Assembly: GCA_000960865.2 (NCBI GenBank)
Contig: JZWU02000009.1
Coordinates: 1-49,946, forward strand
Length of the DNA stretch: 49,946 nt
Direction of reading: 5' to 3'
Origin: Vulcanisaeta sp. AZ3
Lineage (GTDB): Archaea > Thermoproteota > Thermoprotei > Thermoproteales > Thermocladiaceae
The translations under genes were made by a program, and so were the position numbers. Shown here one piece after another: positions 28,960-39,052 of this stretch; position 1 is the first letter of the stretch, and each line of letters starts with the position of its first letter. The notes below the pieces were generated by a model. The model saw only the letters and a list, made by a program, of their open reading frames with translations. It was not told the origin of the DNA and did no database searches.

Positions 28960-29009
28960 TCAGCTAACACCTTACTCATCACGGTTCATGGCAGCCATCT
29001 GATCATCAC
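28960..29009 (-). ncRNA. C/D box methylation-guide sRNA
   Basis: Minus strand: C GTGATGA, guide TCAGATGGCTGCC, D' ATGA, C' GTGATGA, guide GTAAGGTGTTAG, D CTGA. CTTAAATAA TATA-like box ~25 nt upstream. Confidence 0.9.
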
Positions 29010-29043
29010 ACAAGTTAACTTAAACCGTAGGATTATTTAAGCG

Positions 29044-29985
29044 CTACTCAGTTTCGATAACCTCGTTTATATCCATTACCTCAACAACATCCTCAGCGCT
29101 CCTGCCCAGGTTGGCTAGGCATATTGGGCATACTGTGACCACGGTTCTCGAAAGCTTAGCCAAGTTGCTAATCCTAATCTTGGCAATTTTACTCGATAAT
29201 TCAGGACTTAGGGACTCCAGTGGACCGCCGCAGCATGTTGATGTTTCCTTACCTGTTATTAATGGATCCTCTAGATGCTTGATGCCAGCGTTATCGAGTA
29301 TCCTCCTATACACATCATACTTGTCCAAATACCTAGCATACAGACAAGAATCATGAATAACAACCTCACTGCTGATCCTTGACCTAACCTTAGCACTCTT
29401 AAGGAGGTCTAGGTAATTTACGATTTCGAAATTTAATTTAAAGTGTTTTGGTGCTTCATTGATAAGTATGTTGTGGGTATGTGGGTCTATTGTTATTATT
29501 TTCTTAACACCATATTTCTCAAATGTTTTTAAGACCTTATTCTCGAAGTATTCCAGGAATATGTCCTCAGCACCAATTTCATGGAGTAAGGCACCACTGT
29601 AAGGTTCATCCTCGTATAAATAACCGAAATTAAGACCAACCCTCTGCAAGGACTTAGCTATATTCCTCATTATATTATTTGCCCTATCAATATCTGCCTT
29701 ACTCGGCTTAATCACGAGACCTGCAAATCTAGAAAAGGCGCCGGCGAGACTTGCCAGGGGTGTTCCTTTTACCTTCTCTATCCATGGGACTAATTGATTT
29801 ATCATGGGGGCCATTTGGTATAAGCAGGAGGTGTATATGATTGTATCACCACCCTTAGATATTCCCGTATCCCTAGCCCACTCAGTACAGTAAGACTTAG
29901 CCATTGGTATTGGTAAACCACTTGAGTCGAGGTTCCTCTTCATCGTATCAATTAACGCCTTAATCCAGCTCTCAGATATGGCCAT
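29044..29985 (-). CDS. CCG-domain Fe-S protein (GlcF/GlpC/HdrD C-terminal type), orphan paralog
   Basis: YTSCLY, TIDPHT, HDSCLYAR, CCGGP, CPIC. Confidence 0.8.
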   Translation of the reverse strand: MAISESWIKALIDTMKRNLDSSGLPIPMAKSYCTEWARDTGISKGGDTIIYTSCLYQMAPMINQLVPWIEKVKGTPLASLAGAFSRFAGLVIKPSKADIDRANNIMRNIAKSLQRVGLNFGYLYEDEPYSGALLHEIGAEDIFLEYFENKVLKTFEKYGVKKIITIDPHTHNILINEAPKHFKLNFEIVNYLDLLKSAKVRSRISSEVVIHDSCLYARYLDKYDVYRRILDNAGIKHLEDPLITGKETSTCCGGPLESLSPELSSKIAKIRISNLAKLSRTVVTVCPICLANLGRSAEDVVEVMDINEVIETE

Positions 29986-30036
29986 TATCTACTCTCTTGT
30001 AATTCAACATTATTAAGTATTGTTATCATTAATAAA

Positions 30037-30708
30037 TTACGCATTGTAAGCATTCACCTTTCCTTTTAAGTAGAAATTAACTCTCGATTTATTTATCACA
30101 GCGTCAACATTACAGTCACACCTAAGGAGTACCTTTGTTATGCCAAGTAGATAACCTCTAGTGAATGGTAGACCAGCATCTAAGTCGAAGGGTTCGGTTA
30201 GGATTAGGTTCACGGTGTAGGCATCCTTTTCGTTAGTTAATTTAACACCCTCTGCGCCTCTGGCCAAGTTCATGACCACAAGCATGTTTATTGCAGTTTC
30301 AAGTATTTTAAACGGATCTGCATTGGTTGATATTTCATACTTATACCTCATCATCGTACTTGCCATGGATAATCCCATCTCGTAACCAAGCTTATTGAGA
30401 AATGATTGAACCTCACTACCGCTCTGCACTATATGCATTAATATGCTCTTCAGTATCTCTTTGTCAAAACCCACGAGTTCCATAGGCGCCTCATGACTAG
30501 CCCACACATCATATATACCATTAATACTCCTTAATTTATCGATTGAGCCTATCGGCAATGAGTCACTCAACCTCATTGCAATGACCCTCTCGTTCTCTGA
30601 AGGTATTGATACGAAAACCCACTCAATACTAGCACTCTCCTTTATGACGCCAGTTATCTCATGAAGCAATCCACGCCTATTAGCAGCCTTTATCACTAGT
30701 AGCGTCAT
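30037..30708 (-). CDS. ACT-domain + V4R-like protein (paralog of 16834-17472)
   Basis: NRRGLLHEIT ACT motif; MELVGF, LGYEMG, PFDLDAGLPFTRG. Confidence 0.7.
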   Translation of the reverse strand: MTLLVIKAANRRGLLHEITGVIKESASIEWVFVSIPSENERVIAMRLSDSLPIGSIDKLRSINGIYDVWASHEAPMELVGFDKEILKSILMHIVQSGSEVQSFLNKLGYEMGLSMASTMMRYKYEISTNADPFKILETAINMLVVMNLARGAEGVKLTNEKDAYTVNLILTEPFDLDAGLPFTRGYLLGITKVLLRCDCNVDAVINKSRVNFYLKGKVNAYNA

Positions 30709-30820
30709 TAATTAATGACTAAATCAAGAGACTTTAAACCAGACTGATCGTGAGCACGAACATTGAGGATGCTAATTAGGGGTTAGGATTTATTAACCAC
30801 CAGAATTGTTCGAGATTAGT

Positions 30821-31243
30821 ATGTCTAGTAATAATTATGATGAGTTATACGTGAAGTTATTGGATAAGGCGTACACAATAATCACACCGAAAATACAGAG
30901 AAGGCAGGAGATACCCAAATTAATCATACAGATTCAGCCAAAGAAATCATTAATTCAAAATTTTAGGGATGTGGCACAGAGGCTCAATAGAGATCCAACC
31001 CATATAGCGAGGTTCTTCTTGAAGGAATTAGCCCTACCGGGCAATATCGAGGGTAATGCCCTAGTACTATATGCTGAGAGAAGCCCAAGAACTCTTGAGG
31101 CAGTTTATGAGAGGTATTTAAAATTGTATGTAGAGTGTCCTGTATGCCACTCCATAGATACGTATCTTGAGAAGGAGGGACGTATATACGTCCTGGTTTG
31201 CACAGCATGCGGCGCCAGAACGCCGCGCAAGTCAATATCATGA
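30821..31243 (+). CDS. Translation initiation factor aIF-2 beta
   Basis: IQNF..VA.RLNRDP.H, ELA, zinc ribbon CPVC...CTACGA. Confidence 0.93.
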   Translation: MSSNNYDELYVKLLDKAYTIITPKIQRRQEIPKLIIQIQPKKSLIQNFRDVAQRLNRDPTHIARFFLKELALPGNIEGNALVLYAERSPRTLEAVYERYLKLYVECPVCHSIDTYLEKEGRIYVLVCTACGARTPRKSIS

Positions 31244-31401
31244 AACGCCTAAAATCGCCTCGTGGAGAGTCTCTCGACATGAATTCCGAAGTAATCTAAT
31301 TATATTAATTTTTGGTTATATGCCTATACTTTGTGGGGGGATTAATTAACTATTATCTGGGAAAGGGTTTATATTTACCTTAGGTAGGTGATAAAGCATC
31401 T

Positions 31402-33030
31402 ATGTCATTTAGTGGATATCCCATTGTATTAACGGGAGAGATGGCGACCATGTCTGATACCCACGGATCATCCGTTGTAGGCTTTGCATCAGCAATACCC
31501 GAGAATTACTTCAGGGATTGGATTGCCAAGAGATTTTTCAGAGTTAAGAGCGATAGGACAGGTAAGGTTCGGAGGGCACCCTACGGTCTAGCTAAGGTGG
31601 AGGCGGCATTACTTGCTCATGGATATACCAGTAATGATGTAATAATAGCGGATCCTTATAAGTTAGATAGGGTAATTGGTCCAAATACGAGGATCGTAGG
31701 TATATATGTGATGGACCCCCTCGGTCTAAGCTTCGGTTCTGGCATAGTCTATTGGATCCTAAAGCTAGCGGACCTACCTTATAGAGGCCTACCCTACATA
31801 GCGAAGTCCTTCCTTGAGGTAGTTGAGCATCCGGCAATTAAGAGGCATAGGGGGCATCTGAAGGTTGTTATTGGGGGTCCTGCTGGTTGGCAAATAGTGG
31901 ATACTGGTAAACAGGGAGAGTTAGGTATTGATGTAGTTTTTGAGGGGGAGTTTGAGGAGGATGGTCCTAAGCTATTTGATGATATTATGAAGGGTAAGGA
32001 TGTATCCAGCAGGATTGTGGCCCATAGACCAGTACCCATAGATATGGTTCCAACCATAGTAACACCATCGATCGGTGGTATGGTTGAAGTAACGAGAGGT
32101 TGTGGTCGCGGCTGTCAATTCTGCACACCAACACTTAGTGGTTCAATTAGATCATTTCCCTTTGAGGGGCACATTGGTAGGGAGATTAAATTGAATATAG
32201 AGGTTGGTGGTTTTAAGGAGATAACATTACATAGCGAGGAGTTCTTTAGATATGGTGCCAAGGGTATCGAGCCAAACCCAGAGAAGGTGCTTGATCTAAC
32301 ACAGAGGGCGTATAAGTTAGTTAAATCTTACGGTGATGATTATGAGTTAACCACAGACTTTACAACAGCAGCCGTGGCTAAATACGCACCGAAGCTTATT
32401 AAGGAAGTTTCTGAGTACATGAATGAGGGTGGTACTTGGCGCTTCATAGAGATGGGGATAGAGACAGGTTCGCCAAGGCTGCTGAAACTATTAATGCCTG
32501 GCAAGGCATTGCCATACAAGCCTGAGGAGTATCCTGATGTGGTTGAGGAGGCCATTGGCATACTTAATGATAATTACTGGGTCGTGGTTGGCACAATGAT
32601 ATTGAATTTACCCGGTGAGACAGATGACGACGTTGTAAAGAACTTGGAATTACTTGATAGATTAAAGAAATTGAGGGTCTTAACGTTCCCACTACCCTTT
32701 ATACCAATGGGAGCACTTAGGAAGAGAGACTTCACAATACTCGATAAGCTTCTCGAGGATCCACTGAGACTGGAATTTATCCTTAAGGCCTTGATAAAGT
32801 CTTTTGAGGAGGCTAAGGCCTTTAGTCACTTAATTACTAGGAAGGTGGAGAATTTCGTTGTTAAGAGGCTTATTGAGTATGTAGCGGTTGGTAGCTTCAA
32901 TCTTGTTTTGAAGAGGTATAAGGAGAAGCTTGGTTCATTGGTTGAGCAGTATGGAGAGTTCAGGGAGAGAGTTAAGAAAGAGGTTTCCAAGGCCCTCATA
33001 TCAGTGAGGTTTGATGATGATAATCAATGA
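31402..33030 (+). CDS. Radical SAM protein with N-terminal cobalamin-binding-like domain
   Basis: APYGLAKVEAAL, MDPLG, VIGGP, EVTRGCGRGCQFC, GIETGS. Confidence 0.8.
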   Translation: MSFSGYPIVLTGEMATMSDTHGSSVVGFASAIPENYFRDWIAKRFFRVKSDRTGKVRRAPYGLAKVEAALLAHGYTSNDVIIADPYKLDRVIGPNTRIVGIYVMDPLGLSFGSGIVYWILKLADLPYRGLPYIAKSFLEVVEHPAIKRHRGHLKVVIGGPAGWQIVDTGKQGELGIDVVFEGEFEEDGPKLFDDIMKGKDVSSRIVAHRPVPIDMVPTIVTPSIGGMVEVTRGCGRGCQFCTPTLSGSIRSFPFEGHIGREIKLNIEVGGFKEITLHSEEFFRYGAKGIEPNPEKVLDLTQRAYKLVKSYGDDYELTTDFTTAAVAKYAPKLIKEVSEYMNEGGTWRFIEMGIETGSPRLLKLLMPGKALPYKPEEYPDVVEEAIGILNDNYWVVVGTMILNLPGETDDDVVKNLELLDRLKKLRVLTFPLPFIPMGALRKRDFTILDKLLEDPLRLEFILKALIKSFEEAKAFSHLITRKVENFVVKRLIEYVAVGSFNLVLKRYKEKLGSLVEQYGEFRERVKKEVSKALISVRFDDDNQ

Positions 33031-33186
33031 TTTTCGGAATCCTCATTAATTATTAAATATATCAATTGATAAATTACCAATGGTCAATCAACGTAAATAC
33101 TTAACTTATTTAATACCTAAAAGACTCTTATCTTAACTTATTATATTTAGAAACCTTGATAAAGGGGGATCTCGCAAATTATTTAT

Positions 33187-34320
33187 GTGGGAGTTGAGGA
33201 TAGATCAATTGAGGAAACTGATGCGCTAGTTATTAGAAGGGCATATTATGTACTTAGTGTCAGTATAACTGGTTTATTGCTAATAATGATTAATTGGGTT
33301 GGTGTATCATCAATCATGTATAATATAATGAGTATAAGGAAGATTGTACTTAATGCTGTGTATTACGTGGTACCAATTGTAACTGCAATGACGGGCCTCG
33401 CAGTGATTCAATTACCCACAATATTCATACTGAATAGAATCGGTAACAAGGTGTCCATGTCTCTAGGGCTCCTAATGAATGGATTATCCCTAATATTCTC
33501 AACAACAAGTAGCTATCACACAGCACTGCTCCTAAGATTCCTCGCAGGAATAGGACTCGGGTTCTACCTAGCCCCATCATTACTACTAATACTGGGTTGG
33601 TGGAGCATTAGAGGGTTGACTAGGTGGGTCCAAGTTGCATACCTCTCGTCGGTGACGGCCATAATAACCTTAACATCCATTATCGTTCCCGAAATAACAC
33701 AGAGCATAGCACCATACTTAGGCGTAGCGTCGATAATCCTAGCAGTCATTATTTTATTCACAGTAGGAGACGCAGTTATTATAAAGAAGGTCCCAATAAT
33801 GGCAATCATGAATAACCCAGACGTATTAATGCTTGGTATAGCCTTCTCGCTGCCCTGGGGGGTTTATCTAAGCCTAATCCCGCTAGTGATGCAGACGAGT
33901 GGTCGTTTAGGCATGATGGCATTGACAGTACCATTAATACTAACACCGCTTCTCTATAGATATAGGCATTCAGTGAAGATTGAGAGAAGGAAGATATTAC
34001 TATACACAACAGCAGCATTTGGTGCTCTAACAATGGTAATGGGCCTCCACATATACACGGATTACTTATTACTTGTATTAGGCACTATATTTACTTTGGT
34101 ACTATTATTGGTACTCTACATGGTTAATGAATTAGTCAGTCCAATATTAATGGTTCAATCAGTTACTTACCTATTCACAATATCATCAATAATAGGTTCA
34201 ATAATAGGTATGATAATGGCGTATGCAATTCAATACCTAGGAGTGCTAGGTTGGGTCGTTATTGGGATTTTAATAATTATATCATCTATCATTTACAGAA
34301 TTTTAAGAATCACTCTTTAA
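33187..34320 (+). CDS. Divergent MFS-like transporter
   Basis: About 12 hydrophobic segments; LNRIGNK and LLRFLAGIGLG motifs. Confidence 0.7.
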   Translation: MGVEDRSIEETDALVIRRAYYVLSVSITGLLLIMINWVGVSSIMYNIMSIRKIVLNAVYYVVPIVTAMTGLAVIQLPTIFILNRIGNKVSMSLGLLMNGLSLIFSTTSSYHTALLLRFLAGIGLGFYLAPSLLLILGWWSIRGLTRWVQVAYLSSVTAIITLTSIIVPEITQSIAPYLGVASIILAVIILFTVGDAVIIKKVPIMAIMNNPDVLMLGIAFSLPWGVYLSLIPLVMQTSGRLGMMALTVPLILTPLLYRYRHSVKIERRKILLYTTAAFGALTMVMGLHIYTDYLLLVLGTIFTLVLLLVLYMVNELVSPILMVQSVTYLFTISSIIGSIIGMIMAYAIQYLGVLGWVVIGILIIISSIIYRILRITL

Positions 34321-34738
34321 CCTTAGGATACCTATCAAGCTTTGAAATCTCCTTAATTGCATCTAAGTCACCAAGCAAATCCCTAATCGATATTACACCA
34401 ACTACAGAATCATCCTCATCAACAACAATCACATGCCTAACTCTATAATCAACCATCAACGAAGCAACAATACTTACCGAATCATTAACCCTAGCCTTAA
34501 CAACTCTAGGACCCAGGGTTCCAACCTTACTCACAGGAGTATCCAAGGGTAACTTATTAGCCAAGGCTCTAATAACATCACGTTCAGTAACAATACCGCG
34601 CAACTTCATCGTATTTACATCCTCAACTATAACAACAGAACCCGTGTTCTCCTTAGCCATTAACTCCACAGCCTCAATGAGTGGTCGATCCTCAGTAATT
34701 ACAAGAGGTTTCCTCCTGATGAGGTCAATAGCCCTCAT
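34310..34738 (-). CDS. CBS-domain pair protein
   Basis: GSVVIV, GIVTERD, VRHVIVV, GVISIRDL. Confidence 0.9.
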   Translation of the reverse strand: MRAIDLIRRKPLVITEDRPLIEAVELMAKENTGSVVIVEDVNTMKLRGIVTERDVIRALANKLPLDTPVSKVGTLGPRVVKARVNDSVSIVASLMVDYRVRHVIVVDEDDSVVGVISIRDLLGDLDAIKEISKLDRYPKVKE

Positions 34739-34932
34739 AGAATTACCACCTAATTATCAAATTAACTAATTAATAAGCATTACTACACATACCCGAAATA
34801 TAGGAATATTCTATGTAAAAAATAAATAATGTGATATGCAATATATTAATAAATATTCATCTTCGGATATGAATATATAATAAATAGGAAGGGCAAAACA
34901 AGCTTTTTAAGCAACAATAGGAGTAAGCGTTA

Positions 34933-34986
34933 GTGATGAGTAGGGACCTCGCTTGTCAGAAAAGTGACGAATTTGCCGAGTGCTGA
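34933..34986 (+). ncRNA. C/D box methylation-guide sRNA, both guides complementary to conserved 23S rRNA
   Basis: C GTGATGA, guide GTAGGGACCTCG, degenerate D', C' GTGACGA (34964), guide ATTTGCCGAGTG, D CTGA. TTTTTAAG box ~25 nt upstream. Confidence 0.92.
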
Positions 34987-35185
34987 TAATATATGCACCT
35001 TAAACTACCAAGTAAGTGAATAAGATTTGATAATGTTTCATTGTCCTTCAACGTTAAGGTATATTTAAATAACAAATACTGATTTCAAGTAATTCAACAA
35101 TACCAAGATGAGCTAGGAGGCCTACGGTATAGGTCCCAGTGATGTTATTAAGATACTTGCGATAAGGCATTCAATTATATGATTT

Positions 35186-36586
35186 TTAATCGAATATCTT
35201 ACTTGGGTTAAATATGTTGTGTGGATCAAATACTCTCTTTATCTCTCTCATTAGACCTATTACAGAATTTGCATTGCTACTATTCCTAGATCCTACTGAC
35301 TCCCTGAGTAGGTTCTTCTTAAGTGTGCCGATTCCATGCTCAGCACTTATGGTTCCCTCAAGCTTTATCGCAAGTCTCCCGACTTCCTCGAAGAATTTCA
35401 TGACTCTCCCTATCTCCTCCTTATCTTGACGATTAGCCCATACACCTGGGTGTAGGTTTCCATCGCCAATATGTCCACCCAGCGTCATTTTTACACCATA
35501 CCTAACACTCAGTTCCTGAATACTCCTAACTGCCTCTGGTATTTTACTCATGGGTACTGCTATGTCTTCGAATATTACGAATGCGTCATTACCATAATCA
35601 CTAAATGCAGCCTTAAGCTGGGCTGAGTATAACATCCTCCTTGGCTCTAGTATTTTTGAGAATTCCTGCCATGTAGTTGCTGTGTTAATGATCTCACCGC
35701 CATTACTCTTCATAATATCGTTCAATTTAGTAAGTATCTGAGTCTCACTACCCCCATAAGTATCAACCCCAACCCACAGGTAATACCTACCATCAAGACC
35801 CACTAACTGAGCTACCTTATCATCTATGAACTCCGTAACCATAGGCCAAAGCCTGGCCTCTCTAGCCTTAATCACAGAGTTAACGAGGCTCTCAGCATTC
35901 CTAAAACTAGCCATTAAGCCAACGAAGGACTCAGGCAATGGAGCAAGCCTCAGTGTTGCCTCCGTGACAATGCCTAGAGTGCCCTCACTACCAATGAATA
36001 ACTGAAGCAAGTTATAACCCTCCCTACACTTAACAGTCCTACAACCAACCCTAATAATATCACCAGTCCCAATCACGGCCTCAAGACCAAGAACCCAGTA
36101 GGCAGCTGGACCGAACTTAGCACCCCTCATGCCACCCCCACCATTATTAATCACACCACCTATAGTAGCGGTTTTAGAGGACGCTGGATCCACAGGCCAT
36201 TGAAGGCCGTAACTAGCCAACTCTAGGTTTAGGTCGTCAACCTTAATCCCAGGTTGAACCCTAGCTACCCAATCAATGTCTGAGACTTCAATTATACTAT
36301 TCATTTTCTCCATAGAAACCATTACCGTATTCTCAAGAATAGGTGTTGCATTACCGGATAGACTTGTTGATGAACCTATTGGCAGTAGCTTAAGTCCGTA
36401 ATTAACTGCTAACCTCACCAAAGAAACAGCATCATTCGCATCATTAAGGTAAACCAACGCCATAGGCATGACACCCCGCTCAGGAGATGCATCATGACTA
36501 TACAGAGCCAGTATGTGCGGTTCTATAATCAACCTATCACCAAACAAACCCTCAAGTTCTCTAATGGCATCTCTCTGTCTAGACAT
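35186..36586 (-). CDS. glcD: FAD-linked oxidase, GlcD / D-lactate dehydrogenase family
   Basis: PVDPAS...TIGG, GSEGTLG, GHIGDGNLH, SAEHGIG, FDPHNIFNP. Confidence 0.88.
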   Translation of the reverse strand: MSRQRDAIRELEGLFGDRLIIEPHILALYSHDASPERGVMPMALVYLNDANDAVSLVRLAVNYGLKLLPIGSSTSLSGNATPILENTVMVSMEKMNSIIEVSDIDWVARVQPGIKVDDLNLELASYGLQWPVDPASSKTATIGGVINNGGGGMRGAKFGPAAYWVLGLEAVIGTGDIIRVGCRTVKCREGYNLLQLFIGSEGTLGIVTEATLRLAPLPESFVGLMASFRNAESLVNSVIKAREARLWPMVTEFIDDKVAQLVGLDGRYYLWVGVDTYGGSETQILTKLNDIMKSNGGEIINTATTWQEFSKILEPRRMLYSAQLKAAFSDYGNDAFVIFEDIAVPMSKIPEAVRSIQELSVRYGVKMTLGGHIGDGNLHPGVWANRQDKEEIGRVMKFFEEVGRLAIKLEGTISAEHGIGTLKKNLLRESVGSRNSSNANSVIGLMREIKRVFDPHNIFNPSKIFD

Positions 36587-36608
36587 TATTATTAATAATA
36601 CTCACAAT

Positions 36609-36923
36609 CTATTTAAGCATTAGTTCTAGGATCATTGACTTAAAACTATGTATTGCATCTGCAATATTAATACCTGCTGGGCATTGGGTATTGCAGGCTG
36701 CGCAGTGTAGGCATGTCATTATTGAATCCACAATCTCGCTATTCAACTTAATATCCTTACCTTGCCCAAAACCATCCTCTATCAATATCTTTATCAGATT
36801 AACCCTACCCCTAGGTCCATAGGATCTACTCCTCATTACCTTAAAGGTTGGGCATGGAAATTCACAAAAACCGCAGAATTGGCATTTCCTAACCTCTTCA
36901 TAAACTTCCTTGAGACTCATCAT
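36609..36923 (-). CDS. 2x[4Fe-4S] ferredoxin-like protein (N-terminal half of split GlcF)
   Basis: CQFCGFCEFPCP, GPRGR, CLHCAACNTQCP. Confidence 0.85.
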   Translation of the reverse strand: MMSLKEVYEEVRKCQFCGFCEFPCPTFKVMRSRSYGPRGRVNLIKILIEDGFGQGKDIKLNSEIVDSIMTCLHCAACNTQCPAGINIADAIHSFKSMILELMLK

Positions 36924-36925
36924 GA

Positions 36926-37873
36926 TTAGACCACCTCAATTACCTCTGCTAAATCAAAGAGCCTAATGCTCACACTACCCTCCTCAGCGCCTCTCCTAAG
37001 ATTTACATAGCATATCGGGCATTGAGCAACAATATTACTAGACAGCCTAGCCAGTTCCTTAACTCTATTTATCGATACGGCTTTAGCAACACTTGGGTAT
37101 GTGGATTCTATAGGACCACCACAACAATGAGACATATCTTTACCAGTTAACACAGGATCCTCCTTCACATTAGACTTACCCTTAACTAGGTCTCTAATTG
37201 TCTCATACTTATTTAGGTACCTTGCGTACAAGCAAGAGTCATGCATTGTAAACTCATCTAACTTAACCCTAATCCTGCTGGGATTCAAGTAATCTAAGTA
37301 GCTCCTAACCTTAATGTTAAACTCAGGTATATACCTTGGATATAACCGCTCCAGTGTGTATTGGGTATGTGGATCTATGGTTATTACCTCACGCACATTA
37401 TTATCCCTAAAAACCCTATACACCTCCCTAGCATACTCAACAAACTCCCCAACAAACCCCAACTCATATAGAAGGGCACCACTATACGGCTCCTCATCAA
37501 GAACCCCAAACCTAACACCCATAGCCTTCAACATACCGTATACATTCTTAACAATTCCATTAGCCCTAACCAATTCCTCATCACTAGGCCTAAGCATCGC
37601 TTTACCCAGGAACTTAACACCCACTGAGGCAAGCCTAGCCAAAGCACCACCCTTAGTCACACCAAACCTCTCGAGCTCCATCACAACTCTCTCAATCACA
37701 GGAGCCATTTGATATAAGCACGAGGTATAAAATATCGTACCACTATCTCTATCAAATTCCAACCCCTCACGCCACCTACTGCATATAGACTTATCCATTG
37801 GGAAGGGAAGCCCAGAATCTTTAAGACTTGATGTAATAACATCCCTCAAAACCCTAAGCCAATCAAGAGACAT
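36926..37873 (-). CDS. CCG-domain Fe-S protein (C-terminal half of split GlcF)
   Basis: YTSCLY, TIDPHT, HDSCLYAR, CCGGP, CPIC; first gene of the operon with glcD. Confidence 0.82.
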   Translation of the reverse strand: MSLDWLRVLRDVITSSLKDSGLPFPMDKSICSRWREGLEFDRDSGTIFYTSCLYQMAPVIERVVMELERFGVTKGGALARLASVGVKFLGKAMLRPSDEELVRANGIVKNVYGMLKAMGVRFGVLDEEPYSGALLYELGFVGEFVEYAREVYRVFRDNNVREVITIDPHTQYTLERLYPRYIPEFNIKVRSYLDYLNPSRIRVKLDEFTMHDSCLYARYLNKYETIRDLVKGKSNVKEDPVLTGKDMSHCCGGPIESTYPSVAKAVSINRVKELARLSSNIVAQCPICYVNLRRGAEEGSVSIRLFDLAEVIEVV

Positions 37874-37926
37874 TCATAATGCACTATGAATTAAATTAAT
37901 AAATCTTAATTAATTGGGAAATAAAC

Positions 37927-38673
37927 ATGTCACCACAGAATAGCGTAAGGGGTAAACTATCAATAAGGTCACTATGGTCAATGCCAGGCAATACACCACT
38001 CTTCGCAAAACTACCACAATACTTTCCGGACTCCGAGGTTTTGCAAGTAGTATTCGAAGCTGACCCTAACGGTATAGCTGAGTTAGTCCCTGAGGATCTC
38101 GAAGTACCCGTGCCTGCTGAGGCCATGATAACATTCTTCAAATTCCCATTTAGTACATTAGGCCCTTACAACGAGTTTGCTGTTGATGTTAAGGTACTCC
38201 TTGATGGGCAGGAGAAGTACTTTACGGCATATAACTATGTAAATAGTGATGTAGGTTTAGCAGCGGGTCGTGAAATCTGGGGTGTTCCCAAGAAGTTTGG
38301 TGTATTGGATATAGTTAAGTATTATGATTTAGTGATGGGGTACCTAGAGAGACCACCTGGTTATAGGCTCGTCACAGCCATAATAAGGCCTGAGGAGCCA
38401 GCGCAAGTACAACCATTATCAATAACTAGGTTAGCCCTTAAGATAATACCACCTGCAGGTGATGGTGCTAAAGCCATAGTCCAACTAGTGGATAGGTATA
38501 GGCATAGATTAACTCCTAAAACTGCTTGGACTGGGCCCTGTACCTTAGCCTTTAATAATCCATCAGACATAGATCCCCTCTATAGATTGGGGTTTAAGAG
38601 GGTCATTAGGTGTGTCTATGGTATCTTTGATTACGTGCTTGACTTCGGTAGAGTCGTTAAGGAATATACGTAG
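37927..38673 (+). CDS. Acetoacetate decarboxylase-like superfamily protein
   Basis: GPYNE and GREIWGVPKK (Schiff-base Lys motif). Confidence 0.85.
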   Translation: MSPQNSVRGKLSIRSLWSMPGNTPLFAKLPQYFPDSEVLQVVFEADPNGIAELVPEDLEVPVPAEAMITFFKFPFSTLGPYNEFAVDVKVLLDGQEKYFTAYNYVNSDVGLAAGREIWGVPKKFGVLDIVKYYDLVMGYLERPPGYRLVTAIIRPEEPAQVQPLSITRLALKIIPPAGDGAKAIVQLVDRYRHRLTPKTAWTGPCTLAFNNPSDIDPLYRLGFKRVIRCVYGIFDYVLDFGRVVKEYT

Positions 38674-38763
38674 GTTCATTCTTCAATTAAAATGTTAATA
38701 AATAATCATTATTAATACAATAACCATACCTAGCAACTAATATTAATTAGTTAATTTCAAGAA

Positions 38764-39018
38764 ATGTTAGTGCCCAATAGAGCCTTATTAAGGCTTGCCG
38801 GGGAGCTTGCCGACTCAGGTTTTAGAGGTGTAGTTAGGGCTCACTACGTTAAGAGGCGTTTTAGAGTATTAACTATAGAGTTCATTATTTATAAGAGGCC
38901 TAGCAAGACTAGGAGGTTTTGGGTAAGAGTTAAGAAGGTTCTTGAAGTTATTCCGTCATTAATTATCGCATTGATTGTTGGATTAATCCTAGCAATATTT
39001 TTTAAGTACATCGTTTAG
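38764..39018 (+). CDS. Small basic protein with C-terminal TM helix
   Basis: 84-aa ORF filling the intergenic gap; hydrophobic C-terminus. Confidence 0.55.
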   Translation: MLVPNRALLRLAGELADSGFRGVVRAHYVKRRFRVLTIEFIIYKRPSKTRRFWVRVKKVLEVIPSLIIALIVGLILAIFFKYIV

Positions 39019-39052
39019 CCTCTCCATTAATTAAGTACTGAGTTACTTTGAC

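Noticed and set aside
33060-33071. Palindrome TATCAATTGATA upstream of the MFS-like gene
   Set aside because: Very AT-rich context; easily arises by chance.
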